A stretch of DNA of 32,000 bases from Planctomycetales bacterium. Its GTDB lineage: Bacteria; 4484-113; JAFGCY01. Below, in pieces: positions 5,140 to 12,893 of this stretch. A model generated the notes under the pieces. The model made no database searches. It saw only the letters and a list, made by a program, of their open reading frames with translations, and was not told the DNA's origin. Position 1 is the first letter of the stretch; each line of letters starts with the position of its first letter. The translations under genes were made by a program, and so were the position numbers. Where the stretch lies: positions 3,150,001 through 3,182,000 of the forward strand of contig CP060262.1 in NCBI GenBank assembly GCA_022646745.1, read 5' to 3'.

Positions 5140-7515
5140 CTACTTAGGCGGCATACCCATCAGCTCACGCATGGTGTTCTCCCAGGCGAGGGCTGAACCA
5201 CCGGAAAGGGTACCGATCGCGGAACGGCGGGCCCAGCCATCCTTGTCGTAAAGGATGGTACGCGGGATGCTGTTCCAATCCGGCCAGTACTCGTAGATGG
5301 ACGGGTTGAGGGTCCACTGGGCGTGGTTGCTGTCATCCTTGCTGAAGATGATGAAGTAATCGCCATCCCAGCCCTTGTTCTGGATGAAGGTGATGTTGGA
5401 GCCATTGCTGTAGTCGCCGGAGCAGCCGAGGTGGTAGTAACCATCCGGGCCGTACTCCTCGGACCAGGCGAACATCTCCGGCATCTCAGCCAGGCAGGGA
5501 CCGCACCACTGCTCCCACCAGTTGATGGTCACGACGTTCTCGCCGTTGGCCATGTACTTGCTGTAGCTGTCGTACGGTGCGTTCGGGGTCTTGTTGCTCG
5601 GCTGGGTGAAGTCAATCCACTCGCCGGTGCCGTTCTTGCCGATCGGCGTGTTGTCGGTGTGCTTGTTGATGATCGGGTCATCAGTGACGATCAGCTCGAT
5701 GCTGCCCTGGTCACTCTCGCCGTCATTGTGCACGGTCACGTTGATGGTCACCTTGCCGACGGAAGCGCCGGTGGGCAGCCAGGTCACGTTGCTGCCGGTG
5801 CCGGTGATGGCGCCAGCGGAGGCATTCCAGTCAACACTGGTCGGGGTGACATCGGTGGTGACGGACAGGTTGGCAGGACCCTCGGAGCCACTGGTGTGGT
5901 GGGTGGTCTTGCTGGTGGTCAGGCCGGTGATGGTGATCGGGACGATCACGACTTCGCTAGGCATGCTGCTGGCCATCTCGGAGTAATCGCTCTCACCCTC
6001 GTTGGTGATGGTGGTGACGACGTACTCATAAGTGGTGCCGATGTTCAGGCCACTGTCAATGTAGCTCTTCTCCAGCGGGAAGTTGGTGGTGTAGATCTTG
6101 TTCCAGTCCACCTCACCCTGCACGCGGCTGTAGACGCTGTAGTTCTTGACGATGGTCGCCGGCTGCTGCCACTTGACCTCGATCGCAGCGTTCACGCCAT
6201 CCTTTGCGGCGGCGGTCACGTTGAGCGGGGCGGGGATGGCGGCCTTGAAGGGCACCACGCTGACGCTGTCGCTGTAGGCGCTGAAGAGACCCTCACTGTC
6301 CTTGGCACGCACGCGGTAATCCACGCTGGTGGTGTCAGGACGGACATCGGTGTACTGGCTGCTGGCGCTGCCGCTGGTACCGATGACGGAGAAGGAGAAC
6401 TCATCCTCGCTGGACAGCTTGCGCTCGATCTCGTAGGAAACGACATCGGCGGAAACGGACTTGGTCCAGTTGACCTTGACGGTCAGGTTGCCGGTGGTCT
6501 CATCGGACAGGCCGGAGACGGCGGTCGGCGGCTCAGGCGCGCCGGGAACGACGGTGGCACCGACCTCATTGGAGGGTGCGCCTTCGTTCATGTTGCTGTC
6601 CATCGGCTTGACGAGGAAGTTCACGCCGTTCACGCCGCCGCCTACATTGACGGACTTGACGTACTGCGGGCGGGTCTTCTGACCGGCACTCCAGAAATCG
6701 TTACGGTCAGCCGTGATGGAACCCGGGGTGGCGCTGCTCTCGCTGCCGCCCTGGACCAGGAACACGGTGTAACCGCTGATCGCGTTGCCGTAGTACTGGC
6801 CGATCGGGGTGATGTCAGCAAGGCTGATGAGGCCGTTGCCGTCACCGTCCACAACCTCGAACTCAGCAACACTCGGGAAATCGCTGGCGCTCTTTCCGAG
6901 GTGGATGCCGAGGGGGGTGATGTCACCGACGTTGACTTCAGAGTTGTTGTCATAGTCGCCGACGTTCTTCTCGGTCCAGCTCAGCTCGACGTTGTTGCCA
7001 TCGATCGGGTTGATGCTCAGCTCAACCGCGTTGTTGACGCCGGTGGCGGACTGGCTCACGGTGCGCTCGCCAGTGAAGGGGCGATTGCTGAAGTAAACCG
7101 TGGCAAGCATGCCGCTGCCGTCAACGGGCTCGGCACCGGGGACCTGGGACAGGCCGACCGGAACGATGCCGCAACGATCGGTGAGGGTGAAGCTGAACGT
7201 ATCCTCAGGCTGGCCAAGGAAGTCGCTGAACTCCACACGCTCGGGCGTGAAGCGGGAGGCATCATAGCTAAGCTCAAGGGCGGCGGTGGCGAGGTCGTCA
7301 GCTCCGACGGCCTCAATGGTCACGACGGCACTGTTGTCATTTTCGACAACATTGACGGCCGGGGTGAAGGTACCACGTCCTTCAAGCATGTCAACGGAGA
7401 AGCTCGAGACGCCCTCGTTCCTCTCCGGCTCATTGATGCCCACGTTGGATGTCGAGCAAGCTGCTGCCAGCATTGCCAGACATGCAATGACTGCGATAAG
7501 AATCTTGCGACTCAT
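5140..7515 (-). CDS. Large multidomain lipoprotein: cohesin-like + dockerin-like + 2x fibronectin type III + Ig-like + C-terminal thioredoxin-fold (TlpA/ResA-like, CGPC) domain
   Basis: Signal peptide with Cys20 (MSRKILIAVIACLAMLAAAC). The cohesin-like segment is VVTIEAVGADDLATAALELSYDASRFTPERVEF (aa ~55-150). Dockerin-like repeats are GDYDNNSEVNVGDITPLGIHLG and DGDGNGLISLADITPIGQYYG (aa ~185-245). Two FN3 units cover aa ~328-420 and ~428-515. An Ig-like segment covers aa ~525-610. The thioredoxin motif is VVTINWWEQWCGPCLAEMPEM (CGPC at nt 5494-5505). Confidence 0.85.
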   Translation of the reverse strand: MSRKILIAVIACLAMLAAACSTSNVGINEPERNEGVSSFSVDMLEGRGTFTPAVNVVENDNSAVVTIEAVGADDLATAALELSYDASRFTPERVEFSDFLGQPEDTFSFTLTDRCGIVPVGLSQVPGAEPVDGSGMLATVYFSNRPFTGERTVSQSATGVNNAVELSINPIDGNNVELSWTEKNVGDYDNNSEVNVGDITPLGIHLGKSASDFPSVAEFEVVDGDGNGLISLADITPIGQYYGNAISGYTVFLVQGGSESSATPGSITADRNDFWSAGQKTRPQYVKSVNVGGGVNGVNFLVKPMDSNMNEGAPSNEVGATVVPGAPEPPTAVSGLSDETTGNLTVKVNWTKSVSADVVSYEIERKLSSEDEFSFSVIGTSGSASSQYTDVRPDTTSVDYRVRAKDSEGLFSAYSDSVSVVPFKAAIPAPLNVTAAAKDGVNAAIEVKWQQPATIVKNYSVYSRVQGEVDWNKIYTTNFPLEKSYIDSGLNIGTTYEYVVTTITNEGESDYSEMASSMPSEVVIVPITITGLTTSKTTHHTSGSEGPANLSVTTDVTPTSVDWNASAGAITGTGSNVTWLPTGASVGKVTINVTVHNDGESDQGSIELIVTDDPIINKHTDNTPIGKNGTGEWIDFTQPSNKTPNAPYDSYSKYMANGENVVTINWWEQWCGPCLAEMPEMFAWSEEYGPDGYYHLGCSGDYSNGSNITFIQNKGWDGDYFIIFSKDDSNHAQWTLNPSIYEYWPDWNSIPRTILYDKDGWARRSAIGTLSGGSALAWENTMRELMGMPPK

Positions 7516-7634
7516 ATATCCATCCTTTAAATGTGAGGGCTCATTAGTAACTTACAGCCGGTTGGCCCGGAGGCCGCTCCGACAAAGCTTACACCGATAA
7601 GTAATTTACCACATTTTCACTACACAGTGACCAT

Positions 7635-7646
7635 ATTAATATTAAT
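7635..7646. repeat. Perfect 12-bp palindrome ATTAATATTAAT in an AT-rich intergenic region
   Basis: Read directly from the sequence. It lies 120 nt upstream of the lipoprotein ATG (7515) within the 250-bp AT-rich gap 7516-7766. Confidence 0.6.
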
Positions 7647-7766
7647 GAATTGAGTCTGGGCTCTCAATAAGCCTGATTACGCTGTTATTCGCGTTATACC
7701 GGAAAAATGAGACGCGGAACTGCCACATATACAGTGAAATTCATGGATGCCAATGCTGAGAGAGCT

Positions 7767-9395
7767 TTAGAACCGACGCAGGTATTCAGCCTTCAAACCA
7801 TCAAACGCGGGCTCCAGCCGGCAGATTCCGCCGGAACAGACATAGCCCTCACGACGGTCACCGAAGCTCAGGTGCCATTCCTGGTCTTCATCGGGATGGT
7901 ACTTGAACTCCCAGATACGCCACTCGTTCTTGCCGTCGCTGGTTTCCGCACCGGTCCGCTCATACAGGTAGGATGCACCGAACTCGCTGCGGAAGGCGTA
8001 GTCAAGTTCGCCGATGTAGTCAATCGAGGTGGGCTGGCCATCAAGGTGCACTTCCTCGCGCTCCAGCACCATGCCGACGCTGTGGTCGTCGGAGAGCTGC
8101 TGCGCAAGTGTCAGCTTGGTCTGGTCGTGGTTGACAAACTTCTCGTAGACCTGCCAGTGGGCAATGATCCAGTTGAAGCCGTCGTAGTTCGGGCTGAAAT
8201 AACTGACACCGAACTCATCATGCGGTTCCGGCAGTTCACGCTTGTAGTCCTGCTCATAACTGAACTGGAAATAGGAACCATCGTTGAATGGATTCCATGT
8301 CAGCAATCCGCCGTAGCCGACGAAGTCGTCAGGATCTGCGGTGGCGGCTTCCTGCCAGCGCCGCAGCGGCGGCAGGGTGTTGAACGGATGGTCCAGGCCC
8401 TGGTAGTCGGCGTATTCACCGACCAGGCTGTAGCTGTCGCCAAAGTAACCGACGTTGAGGTAGTTGGCCTTGCCGTCCGTACCTTCAAAGTCGTAGAGCG
8501 AGGAAGCCCAGTCGCGGACCCCGCGGCGCAGGGTCTGGTACTCGTAGTATGCGGTGAAGTCACCTTCACGGTAGCTGACGTCACCACCGACAAGGTCATA
8601 GTCAAGGTGCTGCGGGTTGTCAACGGTATTCTCGTAGCCCGGGAACTGCACGTTCACCGCACTGGCACCGACGGACAGCTGCTTGTTGACCTTGTACTCA
8701 CCGCGGGCACCGAGGATTTCCTTGTTGCTGTTGCCAATCTCGAATTCCTGCGGGTCGTCCTTGCGGTCCTTGTCCCAGCCGTAGATCACTTCCACGCGTC
8801 CGGGGCCATCCTCATACTCGGCCTTGATTCCTTCGGCTTCATTGTCGAAGTCGAGGATCTTGCTCTCGAACATATTTACTGCGAGACCCTTGCCCCAGGT
8901 TGTGCCGTAGCTGCCGGCGGTTACCTTCCACTTGCCGTCGCGGAAGCGGATACGGGCCTTCTCCCAGCGGAAGGGGTCTTCCTGGCTGGCGAAGTTGTTG
9001 ATGTCACTGAAGCGGAACATCGCATCCCAGCGGCCGAAGTCGCCGAACAGCTCAAGCTCCTTCTCCCACTTCTCGATGCCGGAGATATCATCGTCGCTGT
9101 AACGGAAGTCCATCCGGCCAGACCAATCCAGGGTCGGCGGCATGCGGCGGCGCAGTTCGAAGTTGCGGTCCCAGAGGTCTGAGGGGGGGTATGTGCCGAG
9201 GTCCTCCTCCCCTTCCCAGTAGAACTTGCGGATTGCTTCCTCAACGGTGGAGCCGGAGCTGCCGCCGCTCTCCTCGTACATCATGCTCCAGATTTCGTCG
9301 CTGCTTCCTACGGTATCGTCGGCGGCGAACAGGGTTGCGGGCGTGAGCAACAGGACCAGAAGGCCTGCTCCCACTGCGCGGAATGCGCTCACCAT
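7767..9395 (-). CDS. Outer-membrane beta-barrel protein of unknown function (reminiscent of the DUF6029 family)
   Basis: I chose the start at the ATG at 9395, preceded by AGGGAGGAA with 6-nt spacing; the track TTG at 9419 is unlikely. The signal peptide is MVSAFRAVGAGLLVLLLTPATLFA|ADD. The composition is rich in aromatics, Gly, Asp and Asn with alternating hydrophobicity. The C-terminus GYVCSGGICRLEPAFDGLKAEYLRRF ends in Phe, like an OMP beta-signal. Confidence 0.7.
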   Translation of the reverse strand: MVSAFRAVGAGLLVLLLTPATLFAADDTVGSSDEIWSMMYEESGGSSGSTVEEAIRKFYWEGEEDLGTYPPSDLWDRNFELRRRMPPTLDWSGRMDFRYSDDDISGIEKWEKELELFGDFGRWDAMFRFSDINNFASQEDPFRWEKARIRFRDGKWKVTAGSYGTTWGKGLAVNMFESKILDFDNEAEGIKAEYEDGPGRVEVIYGWDKDRKDDPQEFEIGNSNKEILGARGEYKVNKQLSVGASAVNVQFPGYENTVDNPQHLDYDLVGGDVSYREGDFTAYYEYQTLRRGVRDWASSLYDFEGTDGKANYLNVGYFGDSYSLVGEYADYQGLDHPFNTLPPLRRWQEAATADPDDFVGYGGLLTWNPFNDGSYFQFSYEQDYKRELPEPHDEFGVSYFSPNYDGFNWIIAHWQVYEKFVNHDQTKLTLAQQLSDDHSVGMVLEREEVHLDGQPTSIDYIGELDYAFRSEFGASYLYERTGAETSDGKNEWRIWEFKYHPDEDQEWHLSFGDRREGYVCSGGICRLEPAFDGLKAEYLRRF

Positions 9396-9444
9396 CAACT
9401 TTCCTCCCTGCTTGGTCAATCCCGCCGCCTTGCCTGGTCACAGT

Positions 9445-9467
9445 CCCGTGCAACTTCCCCGCACGGG
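9445..9467 (-). other. Intercistronic stem-loop between the tlpA-like gene and the beta-barrel gene
   Basis: CCCGTGC-(9 nt)-GCACGGG forms a 7-bp GC-rich stem. On the coding (minus) strand no U-tract follows, so it is more likely a processing or stability hairpin than a full terminator. Confidence 0.35.
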
Positions 9468-9479
9468 TTTCAGCATCAC

Positions 9480-10001
9480 TTACTTGCGCTCTTCGAGTTC
9501 CCCGAGATCCTCACCGGCAAGGGCACCCTTGATGGCTTCGTAGATCTCCTCTTCCTGGCCGTTGGAATAGCCGTAGTGCTGGTAGACGATTTCGCCGTCC
9601 ACAATGATGAAGGTCGCCGGGCTGGCCTTGACGCCGTAGTCCTTGCTGACCTCCTGGTCACCATCGCGCAGCACCTTCCAGGGGTACTTGTTGGTCTTGA
9701 AGAAGGGCTCGACACCACTCTCGGTGAGGGAGGTGTCACGGCTGATGATGTACATGCCGAGGCCGTCATCCTTCAGCTCGTCGTAGTACTCGTTGAGGTA
9801 AACGAGCAGCTTGTTGCAGGGGATGCAACCGACCTCCCAGAAGTCGATCAGCACCACATCATGCTCCTCCACCAGGTCATCGAGGGAGTAGGTGTCGCCC
9901 TCAAGGTCATCGAGCTCGAACTCGGGAGCGGGCTTGGCCATCGCGCTGCCTGCAAACAGGAGCACCATCACCATCAGCAGTGTTGCGAACAGTCTGATCA
10001 T
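9480..10001 (-). CDS. Exported TlpA/ResA-like thiol-disulfide oxidoreductase (thioredoxin fold, CIPC active site)
   Basis: I chose the start at MIRLFATLLMVMVLLFAGSAMA (signal peptide or anchor), with GAGGTG SD 5 nt upstream. The motif is VVLIDFWEVGCIPCNKLL (CIPC at nt 9816-9827). The cis-Pro region is VKASPATFIIV. Confidence 0.85.
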   Translation of the reverse strand: MIRLFATLLMVMVLLFAGSAMAKPAPEFELDDLEGDTYSLDDLVEEHDVVLIDFWEVGCIPCNKLLVYLNEYYDELKDDGLGMYIISRDTSLTESGVEPFFKTNKYPWKVLRDGDQEVSKDYGVKASPATFIIVDGEIVYQHYGYSNGQEEEIYEAIKGALAGEDLGELEERK

Positions 10002-10163
10002 TCTTGCACCTCGAGGGAAAATTCTAGCATTTACCGGTCTGATTCTGGACACCTTATATGCATATTTCGTTCATCCGCTGCGATTGGGGCCTCAGGCGTT
10101 TAACGCAATCTGAACGCTGGGTCGATATACTGGGAATCAGCATTATCGTGCAAGGTGGACCCC

Positions 10164-11999
10164 ATGTGTGGAATCCTCGGCGCCGTGATCCATGACGGCG
10201 ACAATGACCTGAAGAGCATCCTGCTGCCCGGCCTGCGCGCGGTGGAGTACCGCGGCTACGACAGCGCGGGCATCGCCGTGATGAACGGGGATGGTATCTC
10301 GGTCAGCAAGAAGGCGGGAAAACTGAGCATACTGGAGGATTCCCTCGGGGAATCACCGATCACCGGCAGCGTGGGCCTCGGCCATACCCGCTGGGCCACA
10401 CATGGCGCGCCGAGTGATGAGAATGCGCACCCGCACTGGGACTACCAGCACCGCATCATCCTGGTACACAACGGCATCATTGAGAACTATTCCGAGATCA
10501 AGGATGAACTGCTCTCCAAGGGCGTGACCTTCAAGAGCGAAACCGACACCGAAGTGGCGGTCAACCTGATCGCAACATATTACGACGGAGACCTTCCGAC
10601 GGCTGTCCGGCTGGCCGGCAAGCGCTTCCGCGGCAGCTTCAGCATGTGCGTGATGGCCGCTGACCAGCCGCGCCTGATGGTCGGCATCCGCAATGAGGTG
10701 CCGCTGCTGGTCGGGCATGGCGACAACGCGACCTACCTTGCTAGTGACATCACGGCCTTCCTGGCCTACACCCGAGACGTGACCTACCTCGAGGACGGCG
10801 AAATGGCCGTACTCACTGACAACGGTACGCACTACTACGACCTGGCCACCGGCCATGAGATCGAGAAGCATGTCGAGCGCGTGGAGTGGAACATTGAGCA
10901 GGCCCAGAAGGGCGGCTACGACACCTTCATGATGAAGGAGATCCACGAGCAGCCGAATGTGGTGCGCCACCTGCTGGAGCGCCACCTGCCGAGTGCAAAC
11001 GAGCCGGTGCAGATGCCGCAGCTGGATGAGCTGACAAAGGAGAATGACTTCCGCCTCGTCAGCCTGCTGGGCTGCGGTACCGCGTTCCACGCCTGCAAGG
11101 TTGGCAAGTACGTGCTGGAGGGACTGGCCAAGATCCCCTGCCGGGTGATGTACGCCCATGAAGCGCTGTACCACCAGGCCCCGCTGAGCAGTGCGACGGT
11201 CACAGTCGCCGTCAGCCAGAGTGGCGAGACCGCCGATACGCTCGGCGCAGTCAAGGTGCAGAAGGCCGCAGGCAGCAAGATCATATCGATCTGCAACGTC
11301 GTCGGCAGCAGCCTGACCAGGTTGTCAGACCAGACCCTGTATACGCTTGCCGGCCCGGAGATCAGCGTTGCCAGCACCAAGGCCTTCACCTGCCAGCTGA
11401 CGATGATCTACCTCGTGGCCCTCTGGATCGCGGAGAAGTTCGGCAAGGAGGACCCGGCCGAGCTGCGCCGCCTGAAGGAGGAGCTGCTTGCCGTACCGGA
11501 CAAGATGAGCGCGATCCTGCAAAGCGAGAAGCAGATCGAGCACCTCGCCCGCGTTTACCGCCAGGTGCGCCACTTCTACTACCTCGGCCGAGGCATCTCC
11601 TACCCCGTTGCCATGGAGGGTGCGCTGAAGCTGAAGGAGATCAGCTACGTGCATGCCGAGGGCTACGCCGGCGGCGAGATGAAGCACGGCGCGATCGCGA
11701 TGATCGAGCCCGGCTTCCCGAGCTGCATCCTGGCGCCGAAGTCCCCGCTGCTGGAGAAGATGGTTGCCAACATGGAGGAAATCCTCTCGCGCAACGGCGA
11801 GGTGATGGTGATCACCAATGCACCGGACCGCTTCAGCAAGTACGACGTGCACGTGTTCCCCTTCCCGGACTGCCCGCAGGTGTTCTCACCGCTCCTGATG
11901 AGCCTGCCGCTGCAGATCTTCGCGTTCTACAGCGCCAAGCTGCGCGGCCGCGACATTGACCAGCCGCGTAACCTGGCGAAGAGCGTGGTGGTGGAATAA
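10164..11999 (+). CDS. glmS: Glutamine--fructose-6-phosphate aminotransferase (isomerizing)
   Basis: The N-terminal MCGILGAV carries the nucleophile Cys2 (the true start is therefore 10164, with AAGGTGG SD upstream). Two SIS domains are present. The C-terminus is DQPRNLAKSVVVE. Confidence 0.97.
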   Translation: MCGILGAVIHDGDNDLKSILLPGLRAVEYRGYDSAGIAVMNGDGISVSKKAGKLSILEDSLGESPITGSVGLGHTRWATHGAPSDENAHPHWDYQHRIILVHNGIIENYSEIKDELLSKGVTFKSETDTEVAVNLIATYYDGDLPTAVRLAGKRFRGSFSMCVMAADQPRLMVGIRNEVPLLVGHGDNATYLASDITAFLAYTRDVTYLEDGEMAVLTDNGTHYYDLATGHEIEKHVERVEWNIEQAQKGGYDTFMMKEIHEQPNVVRHLLERHLPSANEPVQMPQLDELTKENDFRLVSLLGCGTAFHACKVGKYVLEGLAKIPCRVMYAHEALYHQAPLSSATVTVAVSQSGETADTLGAVKVQKAAGSKIISICNVVGSSLTRLSDQTLYTLAGPEISVASTKAFTCQLTMIYLVALWIAEKFGKEDPAELRRLKEELLAVPDKMSAILQSEKQIEHLARVYRQVRHFYYLGRGISYPVAMEGALKLKEISYVHAEGYAGGEMKHGAIAMIEPGFPSCILAPKSPLLEKMVANMEEILSRNGEVMVITNAPDRFSKYDVHVFPFPDCPQVFSPLLMSLPLQIFAFYSAKLRGRDIDQPRNLAKSVVVE

Positions 12000-12001
12000 A
12001 T

Positions 12002-12054
12002 GTAGCGGCGACATCCTGTCGCCCTCATTATCGGCGTCTGGAAGACGCCGCTAC
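12002..12054. terminator. Compound GC-rich stem-loop element downstream of glmS (possible terminator or structured RNA element)
   Basis: GGCGAC-atcct-GTCGCC (12007-12023) and GGCGTCT-gga-AGACGCC (12033-12049) are enclosed by GTAGC/GCTAC (12002-12006 and 12050-12054). An alternative 9-bp pairing is GTAGCGGCG/CGCCGCTAC. No U-tract follows. Confidence 0.35.
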
Positions 12055-12059
12055 GGAAC

Positions 12060-12884
12060 ATGCGTATTCACCACCTGACGGCTGGCTACTTCCGCCCTCC
12101 CCTGCGTGGACTGACACAGGGCGGAAAGGGTGCGGCACTCGGCCGTGGTGAATATGTGATCCACTGCCTCCTGGTCGAACTTGGCGACAGGCTGCTGCTC
12201 GTGGATACGGGACTTGGCCGCCGGGATATGGACCGGCCGCTGAGGCAACTGGGCTGGGGCATGGCCTGGTTTGGCGGGGCCTCGAATGGAGCATCCCTGT
12301 CAGAGCAGATTGTCAGCCTGAAGCAAAATGGCGATGTGGCAGCTGGCCTTCACGTGACCGACATCATCATGACGCACCTGGATGGTGACCATACCGGTGG
12401 GCTGGCCGACTTCCCTGATGCAAGAGTGCATGTCAACGGTCTGGAGCTGGAAGCCTGGCGCAGGGGACCGGGACCAGCCGGCCGGCAGCGCTATGTCAAC
12501 GCCCACTTCGCGCATGGGCCGGACTGGCTGAAGTACCGGGAGTTTCCGCTGGACTGGTTCGGTTTTGCGGCAGCCCGACTGGAAGGCCTGCCGGATGACA
12601 TCCTGCTGGTCTCATTGCCCGGTCATACCCTCGGGCATTGCGGGATTGCCATTGAAACCACAGATGGTTGGCAACTGCATGCAGGGGACGCTGCCTACCA
12701 CAGCGCGTGGTTGAAGGGAAAGCGACCCCCATTGTCCCTGCAGATTGCCGAGCACCTGCTAAAGCAGGACCCATCAGCATGGCGCAACAGCCTCGACAAG
12801 CTTATTGCCCTCAAGGATTCGGGTCAGGTGACCTTGTTCACCTCGCATGACCCGGAGATGTTTGCGAAACTGGCACTACGTTAG
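12060..12884 (+). CDS. MBL-fold metallo-hydrolase
   Basis: The motif IIMTHLDGDHTGG is an HxHxDH-type variant reading H-L-D-G-D-H. Later motifs are SLPGHTLGHCG and HAGDAAY, with a terminal SHD, matching metallo-beta-lactamase fold spacing. Confidence 0.8.
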   Translation: MRIHHLTAGYFRPPLRGLTQGGKGAALGRGEYVIHCLLVELGDRLLLVDTGLGRRDMDRPLRQLGWGMAWFGGASNGASLSEQIVSLKQNGDVAAGLHVTDIIMTHLDGDHTGGLADFPDARVHVNGLELEAWRRGPGPAGRQRYVNAHFAHGPDWLKYREFPLDWFGFAAARLEGLPDDILLVSLPGHTLGHCGIAIETTDGWQLHAGDAAYHSAWLKGKRPPLSLQIAEHLLKQDPSAWRNSLDKLIALKDSGQVTLFTSHDPEMFAKLALR

Positions 12885-12893
12885 AATCTTGTC

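Noticed and set aside
5323-7530. 735-aa ORF on the plus strand, antisense to the 791-aa lipoprotein gene. Similar long antisense ORFs occur at 7707-9182 (491 aa), 345-1220, 2373-3281, 10353-11174, 27142-28161 and 29856-31076.
   Set aside because: Their translations are monotonous Ala/Gly/Val/Asp/His/Leu-rich strings with no recognisable motifs. Each exactly shadows an opposite-strand gene with clear family signatures. This is the expected stop-codon-poor antisense frame of GC-rich coding DNA.
9396-9419. TTG start for the beta-barrel gene (track start 9419), and similar upstream starts for the tlpA-like gene (10052), rpsL (19290), fliS (5064) and the CRTAC1-like gene (26269)
   Set aside because: For the beta-barrel, tlpA-like, rpsL and CRTAC1-like genes an internal ATG has a well-spaced GGAG-type SD and produces a canonical signal peptide or conserved N-terminus. 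For fliS the internal ATG at 4989 has no SD, but it gives the conserved N-terminus and the 5064 start would run into the upstream terminator. The extensions add non-conserved residues.
10002-10163. Possible glmS ribozyme in the leader of glmS
   Set aside because: The whole divergent intergenic region is only 162 nt and must also hold the tlpA-like promoter. I could not find the conserved glmS ribozyme core segments or a pseudoknot arrangement. A covariance-model (Rfam/Infernal) scan would be the decisive check.
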